This document shows positions 16,069 through 24,000 of a DNA stretch of 24,000 bases, piece by piece. Under the pieces are notes generated by a model. It did not search any database, was not told the origin of the DNA, and was given only the letters and a program-made list of their open reading frames with translations. Origin of the DNA: a virus (Duplodnaviria > Caudoviricetes). Positions within the stretch are counted from its first letter, which is position 1; each line of letters starts with the position of its first letter. The stretch lies in the IMG/VR virus record IMGVR_UViG_3300017782_000219, positions 1 through 24,000 of that record; one strand, written 5' to 3'. The position numbers were made by a program, and so were the translations under genes.

Positions 16069-16506
16069 ATGACAATCACGATAACCAAAGCGACAGTGGG
16101 CGGCTCTGAAGACCAGTGGGGCACTATAACGAACACGGCTCTTGATGATCTTGTAGATGTATTAAACGGAGTGACCGCCAGCACGCCTGACTTAACCGCT
16201 GGATCGTGGAAGGTGGGCGGTGTAGCCATTTCAGCGACCGGAGCTGAAATAAATTATATCGATGGCGTAACCAGTAGTATCCAGACACAAATCGACGGCA
16301 AGCTCACCGGCTCTAATGTGGCAGCCACTGTGACCACACTGACATCCACAACCGTAAATGCAACGACTGTCGATCTTGGCGACTGGACAATTACTCAATC
16401 TGGCAGTGATTTGAAATTTGCATATCAGGGAACGGACAGGCTAAAGCTAGCCAGTGACGGGTCTTTAACGGCAGAGGGTGATATTGAGACGTCTGGCAGC
16501 GCATAG
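16069..16506 (+). CDS. Virion structural protein (short fibre/needle-like)
   Basis: GAGG RBS. WG...N..LD..D start, AEINYIDGVTSSIQTQID heptad motif, WTI..SG..L.F.Y.G C-terminus. Confidence 0.75.
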   Translation: MTITITKATVGGSEDQWGTITNTALDDLVDVLNGVTASTPDLTAGSWKVGGVAISATGAEINYIDGVTSSIQTQIDGKLTGSNVAATVTTLTSTTVNATTVDLGDWTITQSGSDLKFAYQGTDRLKLASDGSLTAEGDIETSGSA

Positions 16507-16528
16507 GTAGAAATTGAGGATTTAATAG

Positions 16529-18346
16529 ATGACACTTGTTCCTCTGGATATACCCGCTGGATTTTATCGCAACGGCACTGACCTCGAACAATCTGGACGC
16601 TGGCGCGATGGCAGCTTGGTGCGCTGGCGCGATAACAGTTTACGCCCGATCGGCGGCTGGCAAGAGCGCAAGGCATCGTTCTGCACCAACCCTGTGCGCG
16701 GGATGCACGCTTGGGAAAGCAACGACGGGTCTGCGTGGCTTGCTGGGGGCTCGCACAGCGAGTTAAAAGCCATGACTGGTGCTGGGGTTGCCTATGACAT
16801 CACACCAAGCGACTTAGCGGCTGGACGTGAAGACGCCCAAATTGAAACGGGGTATGGCTACAGCTTTTACGGCACAGGCTACTATGGCACGCCGCGTCAG
16901 CAACTTGCATCCTCTGTGCCTGCAGAGGCAACGACGTGGAGCTTGGATAACTTTGGCGAATACTTGGTTGCCTGCCATAAAGATGACGGACGCCTTCTTG
17001 AGTGGCAGCTTGGCACAGGCAGCGACGCTGCGGTAATTGCGAATGCTCCGGTTGGGAATCTTGGCCTGCTAGTCACAGAAGAACGCTTTATCTTCGCGCT
17101 TGGCGCGGGCGGCAACCCGCGAACTGTGTCATGGTGTGATCAAGAGAACAACACGCTATGGACACCCGCGTCCACGAACCAAGCTGGCTCGCAAATCCTG
17201 CAGACGTCTGGCCAGATCATGCAGGCGATCCGCACCAAGGGGCAAACGCTAATTATCACAGATACAGACTGTCACGCGGCTGTATATGCAGGCCCACCGT
17301 TTATTTACTCATTTTCACGCGTTGGAACCAGTTGCGGGGCCATATCTCGCAAATCTGCCGTCGATACGGATTTGGGCGTGTTTTACATGGGGCAGCGTGG
17401 GTTCTTCTATTTCGACGGCAACAGCGTGCGCGAACTGCCGTGTGACGTGCATGATTATGTTTTCGGTGATTTCAACAAGGCTCAGCAATCTAAAGTGTGG
17501 GGCGTGGCAAACGGGCAATTTGGAGAGATTTGGTGGTTCTACTGCTCCGAGAATAGCACCGAGATAGATAGATATGTTGCCTACGACTACACCGAGCGGC
17601 ATTGGCTGATTGGCAACTTGGCGCGCACGTCAGGCACAGAGCGTGGCGTTTTCCGCTATCCATTTATGTCTGGCGAATATTCACAAACCGTAAACTACAC
17701 TGTTACGGTTGTGAATGATGGTGGAAATAAATACGCAATAGAAGGCATTTCTGGGTCTGCCCCGACCCTAAATTTTGCGCGAGGAAACACATATGTGTTT
17801 GACCTTTCAGACGCCTCAAACGCTGGGCATCCTTTTGCATTCAGAACAAGCGCAGATGCGTCTTATACAACCGGCGTAACTACGACAGGCACAGCCGGAC
17901 AAGCTGGGGCAAAGGTCACTATCGTCGTGGCGTCAGATGCGCCAGACAGCTTAAAATACTACTGCACAGTTCATGGTAATTCGATGGGCAACACAATTGC
18001 GGTTGGTGGGCCTGTCAGTATCTTTGAGCATGAGGTTGGGCTAAACGTAGACAGCGGCGCAGTATTCGCAGAAAGCGGCCCTGTCTCGATTGGTAACGGC
18101 GACCAGACAGCGCATGTCACGCAGTTAATACCGGACGAAAACACGCAGGGCGACGTGAACGTGACATTTAAGACACGCTTTTATCCAAACGACACAGAGA
18201 CAAGCCACGGGCCATTTACGCCCACCAATCCGACTTCTGTGCGATTTGCTGGCCGCCAGCTAAGGATGCGCGTTGAGGGGGCTAAGCTGGCCGCGTGGCG
18301 TGTCGGCAATATGCGTGTTGATGTTAAGCCGGCAGGGCGTCGGTAA
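16529..18346 (+). CDS. Tail nozzle / DNA-stabilisation protein (P22 gp10 / tail tubular B-like) with inserted cupredoxin-like domain
   Basis: 605-aa beta-propeller-like sequence (W.DGSLVRW, WSLDNFGEYL, V.WCDQE...W, EIWWFY.S...EIDRYV.Y.Y.E.HW..G). Insert at about 17680-18010. Confidence 0.8.
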   Translation: MTLVPLDIPAGFYRNGTDLEQSGRWRDGSLVRWRDNSLRPIGGWQERKASFCTNPVRGMHAWESNDGSAWLAGGSHSELKAMTGAGVAYDITPSDLAAGREDAQIETGYGYSFYGTGYYGTPRQQLASSVPAEATTWSLDNFGEYLVACHKDDGRLLEWQLGTGSDAAVIANAPVGNLGLLVTEERFIFALGAGGNPRTVSWCDQENNTLWTPASTNQAGSQILQTSGQIMQAIRTKGQTLIITDTDCHAAVYAGPPFIYSFSRVGTSCGAISRKSAVDTDLGVFYMGQRGFFYFDGNSVRELPCDVHDYVFGDFNKAQQSKVWGVANGQFGEIWWFYCSENSTEIDRYVAYDYTERHWLIGNLARTSGTERGVFRYPFMSGEYSQTVNYTVTVVNDGGNKYAIEGISGSAPTLNFARGNTYVFDLSDASNAGHPFAFRTSADASYTTGVTTTGTAGQAGAKVTIVVASDAPDSLKYYCTVHGNSMGNTIAVGGPVSIFEHEVGLNVDSGAVFAESGPVSIGNGDQTAHVTQLIPDENTQGDVNVTFKTRFYPNDTETSHGPFTPTNPTSVRFAGRQLRMRVEGAKLAAWRVGNMRVDVKPAGRR

Positions 18347-19002
18347 TGGCATCCCCGATACTGCCACCGATTGGCGATGATCTGCGCCAATGGGGAAGGG
18401 GCCTGACGCGTTACTTGACGATCAACTTGTACAAGCTCGGATTTAAGACGCCTGAAAGCAGCCCCGCTGAAAACGGCGTCATCTTGTGGGATAATGTGAA
18501 CGGTTATCCTGTTGTGTCAAAGAATGGCGAGTTTAGGCAAATTGTTCTGGAAGATGGCCACGCTGATTTTATAAAAACGGCGGACGTCGTGCCGGCGGTT
18601 GCGAATACAGCTTACAAACTGACTTACGACGCTCCCACCGGCAATGAAGGAATAACACAAGGGACACCAGCTTCAAGGATTGTTTTCGAGGAAGCTGGAG
18701 AATATGTGATTTCGTTTTCCGCGCAAATATCATCGACGTCAGCCAGCACGGTTCACTTCTACTTCTGGCCAAGTATAAGTGGCACTGACGTCGCCAATAG
18801 CGCAATGACGACTGCGCTGCACCAGAACAACGCCACACTGGTGATATCCCGCACGCAGATATTTACCGTGACGGCGGGGCAATATCTTGAAGTGAATTAC
18901 ATGATTGACAGCACAAGTGGCTTCCTGAATTACACCGCAGCGTCTTCTCCAGTGCCCGCAATACCTGCGTCAACGCTTTCGATTACGAGGCTTCACGGAT
19001 GA
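18346..19002 (+). CDS. Virion protein with C1q/TNF-like (BclA-C-like) C-terminal beta domain
   Basis: I.F.EAGEY.ISFSAQ...AGQYLEV...IPA..LSIT pattern. TAATG coupling. Confidence 0.7.
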   Translation: MASPILPPIGDDLRQWGRGLTRYLTINLYKLGFKTPESSPAENGVILWDNVNGYPVVSKNGEFRQIVLEDGHADFIKTADVVPAVANTAYKLTYDAPTGNEGITQGTPASRIVFEEAGEYVISFSAQISSTSASTVHFYFWPSISGTDVANSAMTTALHQNNATLVISRTQIFTVTAGQYLEVNYMIDSTSGFLNYTAASSPVPAIPASTLSITRLHG

Positions 19003-19451
19003 TTGATAATGTTGTACAATTCGGGCAAGCGCAGCGTGTGACGGTCTTACCAGTGCCGGAGGGCGAGGTTGCAAACTACATCGACAGTGGCTTGGAGCTA
19101 CTGGCCCCAGCGGTTAGACGGGTTGACCAAAACGTCAATCTGGAAGATGTAAGGGAAGATATAATGGCTGGCACATCTATATTGTGGCTAGTTTACGTTG
19201 GAGACAAGTTGACCGCAGCGATCACCACATGCGTTGTGAAACACCCTCAACGTAAAAACCTCAAGATAGAATTTATGGGCGGTAAGTACATGCACATATG
19301 GATGGACGAGGCAGTAAGGATTTTGGCGGGGTTGGCCTTAGACGCTAACCTTGACGCCGTCGAGGCAGATGGCCGTAAAGGCTTTGAGAGATATGTTAAA
19401 GGGTCTACATTCCGGCCAATTTATACGCACTATGAGATGGAAATACGATAA
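18999..19451 (+). CDS. GNAT-fold protein preceding ejection genes (T7 gp13/P22 gp14-like position)
   Basis: LWLV....AA.TT....P..K.L.I.F.GG...W........A......VEA.GRKGF.R, plus synteny. Confidence 0.7.
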   Translation: MIDNVVQFGQAQRVTVLPVPEGEVANYIDSGLELLAPAVRRVDQNVNLEDVREDIMAGTSILWLVYVGDKLTAAITTCVVKHPQRKNLKIEFMGGKYMHIWMDEAVRILAGLALDANLDAVEADGRKGFERYVKGSTFRPIYTHYEMEIR

Positions 19452-20386
19452 TGGGCAGTAGCAGCACCGAAAAAACCGAAAACACTATGGATCCATTCCA
19501 AGAGAAAGTCTTGGGTTATCTGTACGACAAAACGTATGCCATAGCAGAAACCCCATATGAGGAATACGAAGGCACGACAGTTGCCGAAATGGATCCTTTG
19601 ATGAAAGCCGCATATGAGGGTTACGGCGGCCTGACAACGCCAGAGGAATATGCGGCGGCGGCTGATGTTTATTCTGGCATTGCTGCAGAAACGCCAGAGC
19701 AGCGTATGGCGCGTGTGCGTGGCTATCAGGACGCATATACGCAGGGCGTCATTGACCCGATGCTGGCGCAGGCCGAACGTAGACGTGCGCAGGCGCGCGT
19801 TGGTGAGGCTGCGGACATCACTAAGTCAGGCGCTTTTGGTAACGTGCGGCGCGGCGTATTTGAGGGCGAGCGTGAAGCTGCCTATGACACGCAGCGAGAC
19901 TTGATGGTTTCCGAGTTGATGCAAAAAGGCTTGAGCTATGGCGAAGCGGCTGTGGCGGCTGAAAACCAAGCCAAGATGGCAGGCGCCCTTGGCATGACAT
20001 CTACAGTCGGCGCGGCTAAAAAGGATGAGCTGTCCAATTTAAGCGCCATGATGACTGCGGGCGCCATCCCAATGGATATCGAGAGCGCAAAGTTAAAAGA
20101 AGCTTACGACAAGTTTGCGATGGAGAAACAGTATCCGCTCGCATCTCTGTCTGGGATGTTTACAACGGCTGGTCTGTTTCCGGCGGGCATTGGAACGTCC
20201 ACGACAACAAGCTCCACAGGCGGCATAGGGCCGGCACTAGGCACGCTTGGCAATCTGGGCATGTCCGCAGCAAGCATGGGCGCATTTGGCCCCGCCGGCA
20301 TGGCCTTCGGCGGCATGGGCGCCGGAATGGGCGCTGGGTACGGCATGGGCTACGGCGGCCCGCTTAGCATGGGAAGGTTTATTTGA
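19451..20386 (+). CDS. Internal virion / DNA ejection protein
   Basis: MGSSST start, GAFG..R motif, Gly/Ala/Met-rich hydrophobic C-terminus. First of three helical proteins. Confidence 0.7.
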   Translation: MGSSSTEKTENTMDPFQEKVLGYLYDKTYAIAETPYEEYEGTTVAEMDPLMKAAYEGYGGLTTPEEYAAAADVYSGIAAETPEQRMARVRGYQDAYTQGVIDPMLAQAERRRAQARVGEAADITKSGAFGNVRRGVFEGEREAAYDTQRDLMVSELMQKGLSYGEAAVAAENQAKMAGALGMTSTVGAAKKDELSNLSAMMTAGAIPMDIESAKLKEAYDKFAMEKQYPLASLSGMFTTAGLFPAGIGTSTTTSSTGGIGPALGTLGNLGMSAASMGAFGPAGMAFGGMGAGMGAGYGMGYGGPLSMGRFI

Positions 20387-21570
20387 TGATCGCAACGCAA
20401 GATATAATCGACGCGCTGGCGCTATCCGGTATGCCGCCAAATATGCTGCCGCTTGAAGGCGAAACGCTCACGCAGAATGACATAGATTTATTTGAGCGGG
20501 CACAAGCTGCGCAAGCAAACAAGCCGTTTGTGCCCACGCTGGCGCCGCCAGAAACGGGATCTGGGCAGCCACCCAGCGCAATGCCTACGGATCTTGCTGT
20601 GCCGTTTGTCCCGCCTCAAGCTACGCCGGCCACCGCGCCTCTGGCTGCGCCAGCCGCGATGCCAATGCGGCAGCCTGCAACGCCGGCAGGATTTCAGCTT
20701 GGCGCTGGCATCTTGCAGCAGCCAACGCAGCCTGCGCAGTCTTCAGACCCATTTGGCAACTTGTCCAAGCAGCAACGTATGATGCTGGCGTTCTCCGCGA
20801 TAGCAGACGCAGGCTTAGCCGCGCAGGGCAAAGAGGGAACGTCTTTCGCAAGAACGCTCAAGGCGTTTGGCGATATGGCGGATATGCAGCGTAAACGTGA
20901 CGCCGCCACACAGCGGCAGAAGATGTTGGGCGAAACGTTTGCCGCCACTGGCGCCGGCATGGGAGATATGTCTTCCCTTGAGCTGCAAAAGCAGAAACTT
21001 ATTCAGCGTGCTTTTGCGTTTCCTGAGATGGCGCCCGCGATCAAAATGCAGATCGACCAAATAGATGCGCAGATAGAGAAATCGCGTGCGAGCGTGTCAG
21101 CGGCTGGCGGCGCTAGTGAGACGCTGGAAACCGTTGAAGATTTATTGCGCACTGTTCGAGAAACTGAAGGCACCACGGGCTTTTGGGGCGCAATCCTTGG
21201 CAATATTCCATTTACTGCCGCTGGCGAGTTAAGAATTGATGCGCAGACGTTGCGGTCAAATATGGCGTTGCAGGCTCTTATGGATTTAAAGGCCAGCGGG
21301 GCAACTCTTGGTTCAGTTTCAGAAAAGGAATTGGAGCTTTTAGAGAGCGACATCGCCAAGCTAAACCTAAACCAAAGCAAGGAAGCCGTATTAAAAGATT
21401 TAAACAAAATCAAAGGGCGATACCAAAAAGCCATCAGGTTTGCCTACAAAGAGCCAAACGCGGATACGGCGGCGTTGGATAGGGTACTTGGCGGACGGCC
21501 AACTTGGCTTGAAGGCGACAACGGAGGCGGCGAGCAGCTACCAGACCCACTTAATTTGAGGGAACCATAG
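20386..21570 (+). CDS. Internal virion / DNA ejection protein
   Basis: Pro/Gln-rich N-terminus. C-terminal L..LKASGATLGSVSEKEL.LL domain is typical of podoviral ejection proteins. TGATG coupling. Confidence 0.7.
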   Translation: MIATQDIIDALALSGMPPNMLPLEGETLTQNDIDLFERAQAAQANKPFVPTLAPPETGSGQPPSAMPTDLAVPFVPPQATPATAPLAAPAAMPMRQPATPAGFQLGAGILQQPTQPAQSSDPFGNLSKQQRMMLAFSAIADAGLAAQGKEGTSFARTLKAFGDMADMQRKRDAATQRQKMLGETFAATGAGMGDMSSLELQKQKLIQRAFAFPEMAPAIKMQIDQIDAQIEKSRASVSAAGGASETLETVEDLLRTVRETEGTTGFWGAILGNIPFTAAGELRIDAQTLRSNMALQALMDLKASGATLGSVSEKELELLESDIAKLNLNQSKEAVLKDLNKIKGRYQKAIRFAYKEPNADTAALDRVLGGRPTWLEGDNGGGEQLPDPLNLREP

Positions 21571-21572
21571 TA

Positions 21573-23903
21573 ATGGCGACGAAGCTTGAGGATCTGCGCA
21601 AGAAGTTTCCTGATTACAATGATATGTCGGACGAAGCTTTTGCGTCGGCTTATCACCGAAAATTTTACAGCGATATTCCTTTTGATGATTTCGCGCAGAG
21701 GATCGGCCTGACGCCAAGTCTTGCGCGAGCCCCGCAAGGCACCAGTCTTGTCGAAAGCTTCCCGCAAGGCGGCATGATCGTCAGAAACGAGGAGACAGGC
21801 GTTGAGTCGTTTACCGACGGCACCTACAGCACGTCAGACCCAAGCATGATCAAAATGATCAAAGCCGCAGGCGGAGACGCTGCAGCGGTCGTGAAGGGTC
21901 AATCAGCGCAGGAAATGATTGGCGAAGTGCCGACGCGGATCTTGTCAGCGATGAAGGGTATGCCGTTTTTCAGAGGTTACGTTGAGCCGGTGGCTGGCGC
22001 AATGTCTTCTGCAGCCAGTCAGTATTATGGAGATGGCGTTTCACCAGCGCAGGCGCAAAGCGTAATACAAGAGGCCATCGCTGGCCGCGAACTGGAAGCG
22101 CCTAAAACAACCGCAGCATCTCGCTTGGCCACGGGTATCGCAACTGCAGCGCCGTTTGCGCCTAAGCTGGCAGCGGAATCACTCGCCGGCAAAGTGACGC
22201 AAGGCGTTGGCTACGGCGCGCCGCTGGCGGCGCTGGAGGGCGCTGTAGCCGGTTATGGTGAGGGCAGACTGCCGGAAGCCATTTCGCAGGCCAAGTCAGG
22301 CGGATTGGGCGGTGCGCTGTTTGGCGCGGCTGCGCCTGTCGTTGGCGCGGGTTCTGGGTTCGTTTACGGCAAATATCTTGAAAAGCCGGTGCGCGATATT
22401 CTGCAGAAGATCGGATTTAAGGACACAGCGGCTCAGGTGGTTAAGGACACGCTGGCTATGGACAGCGCAACCGCTGTGGAGAGCGCAGAGCGGATGGGGC
22501 CATATGGGTCTATTGCTGCGCTTGGCCCCAACACCGAGGCGCTGCTTGATACTGTGGCTAATACAAGCGGGCCAGCGGCAAAGATCGTGAAGGAAAACCT
22601 TAACGAGACATCTCTGCTTGCTTCGCGTGATCTTAACACAACGCTGGACAACGTGCTTGGCGAAACCACAGACGGCATATTGACGCAAAAAGCGCAGATT
22701 ATGAAAGATACCGCAGAAGCACGGCGCGAGCTTTATGGTGCAGCGTATGACGCAGACATCCCCGCTGACAGCCAAGTGATGACGCTGTTTTCACGCGTTG
22801 ACCCGACCGATATGTCAGGCGCTCGATCGCTGCTTCGGGAAGCCGGTGAAATGGATAACTATATTGGCGGTCAGCGCATTAAAGAGGCAGAGTTTAACGA
22901 CCTTACACCCGCGCAGCGTCAGGGGCTGGACATAATCTCGCATGGCGACGGCACATATACTGTGACAAGGCAGCCAACCGTGGCGTCCATAGACTACGTC
23001 ACACGCCGTCTATACAGCCAGAGTGAGGCGCTGAAACGCTCCGGCGATCTAGAAGCCGCCAGATCAAAGCGCAACTTGGCGCTGCAGCTCCGCAGCGCAT
23101 TGGATGAGGTCAATCCTGACTACTCTAAGGCGCGCGCCGCAGGCAAGGACGCCATCGACCAGAAAATCGCTGCCGATCTTGGCAACGACATTCTTAGCCC
23201 AAGAGTAACGCGTGAAGACGTGGCTATGGCCATGGAGAGCATTGACGACGTGGGGCTCAGGCAGCTACGGCAGGCGCTGAGAAACCGGATTGACGAGATC
23301 CAAGCAAACGCCAAGATTAACCCGCGCGCCGACAATGAGGCGGAAGTGATCGAGGCGCTGGCTGCATTAAAAGCGATGAACACGCGCGCCGTGGCTACAA
23401 AGCTACGCATGGCGCTGGGCGATGACGCTGCAGATGCTTTGGGTAAGCAGATTAACGACACGGCAAGCGCGCTAATGCAGCAAGCAGGCGTCTCTAAAAA
23501 CTCGCAAACGTTTATCCGCAACCAAGTGATGAACAGAATGAAGGAAATGACAGGCGAAAGCCTCGGCGAAACTGTCGCGCGTCAGGGTGCTATTCCTACA
23601 ATGACCGCCGCAGCGGCTCAGGGGCTTCTTGGAGGCGCGAAGCAGTCTGAGCGCATAAGACGTGTAGGCGAAGAGATTGCGCCTGTCCTGACGCAGCGCA
23701 TGACGCCTGAGCAGCTAATGGCGCAGGCTCGATTGCTTGAGCAACTAACGCCGGCCATCAGTAAGGCGCAGGCTGGCGGCGCAAGAGCGGCGGAAGCCGG
23801 CAGATCGCTGACAATGGGAGCCGGCATGGCGCAGGCTCAGCAAAGGGAAATGACCCCCGCTGAGCGCATCATGCAGGATCTCGGGATCGCTACTTTCCGC
23901 TAG
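21573..23903 (+). CDS. Large internal virion / DNA transfer protein
   Basis: 776 aa. N-terminal LRKKFP.Y.DMSD...A...H.KFYSD module, Gly/Ala-rich membrane-like segment, helical remainder. Last gene of the operon. Confidence 0.75.
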   Translation: MATKLEDLRKKFPDYNDMSDEAFASAYHRKFYSDIPFDDFAQRIGLTPSLARAPQGTSLVESFPQGGMIVRNEETGVESFTDGTYSTSDPSMIKMIKAAGGDAAAVVKGQSAQEMIGEVPTRILSAMKGMPFFRGYVEPVAGAMSSAASQYYGDGVSPAQAQSVIQEAIAGRELEAPKTTAASRLATGIATAAPFAPKLAAESLAGKVTQGVGYGAPLAALEGAVAGYGEGRLPEAISQAKSGGLGGALFGAAAPVVGAGSGFVYGKYLEKPVRDILQKIGFKDTAAQVVKDTLAMDSATAVESAERMGPYGSIAALGPNTEALLDTVANTSGPAAKIVKENLNETSLLASRDLNTTLDNVLGETTDGILTQKAQIMKDTAEARRELYGAAYDADIPADSQVMTLFSRVDPTDMSGARSLLREAGEMDNYIGGQRIKEAEFNDLTPAQRQGLDIISHGDGTYTVTRQPTVASIDYVTRRLYSQSEALKRSGDLEAARSKRNLALQLRSALDEVNPDYSKARAAGKDAIDQKIAADLGNDILSPRVTREDVAMAMESIDDVGLRQLRQALRNRIDEIQANAKINPRADNEAEVIEALAALKAMNTRAVATKLRMALGDDAADALGKQINDTASALMQQAGVSKNSQTFIRNQVMNRMKEMTGESLGETVARQGAIPTMTAAAAQGLLGGAKQSERIRRVGEEIAPVLTQRMTPEQLMAQARLLEQLTPAISKAQAGGARAAEAGRSLTMGAGMAQAQQREMTPAERIMQDLGIATFR

Positions 23904-24000
23904 ACTTTTTCGCCTTCGGCGCGGGCGCGTTCTTCAGCGCGTTGATCTGCGCGTTCTGATCCTCGATCACGGCAGCCGCTTCCTCGCAAAACCGGAACAA
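23890..24000 (-). CDS. 3' end of a convergent hypothetical gene (truncated)
   Basis: Minus strand reads LFRFCEEAAAVIEDQNAQINALKNAPAPKAKKSSGK-stop, overlapping the end of the ejection gene by 14 nt. Confidence 0.55.
   Translation of the reverse strand: MFRFCEEAAAVIEDQNAQINALKNAPAPKAKKSSGK

Overview
The window looks like the late (virion morphogenesis and lysis) arm of a podovirus-like tailed phage or prophage, probably infecting a marine alphaproteobacterium (Rhodobacteraceae-like host inferred from a CtrA-type box, apparent GANTC scarcity and a GTA-type 3TM holin). Two leftward genes (1-679) and a divergent control region (700-915) come first. A rightward, tightly coupled run follows: small basic proteins, a cassette of putative effector enzymes, portal, scaffold, major capsid, adaptor, collagen tail fibre with chaperone, 2OG-Fe(II) oxygenase, membrane proteins/holin/M15 endolysin, nozzle-type tail protein and three ejection-type proteins. 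No terminase, integrase, tRNA or CRISPR array was seen. The most notable observations are: (1) a candidate three-hairpin sRNA with two CCUCCC anti-Shine-Dalgarno loops, back-to-back with a promoter containing a palindromic TTAA-N7-TTAAC box; (2) a pre-portal cassette of HhH-glycosylase-like and GNAT-like proteins, each followed by a tiny coupled ORF, where two cassette proteins share a C-terminal motif; (3) a cupredoxin-like domain with His/Cys/His/Met ligands inserted in the tail nozzle protein. All family calls come from motif recognition by eye, not database searches.
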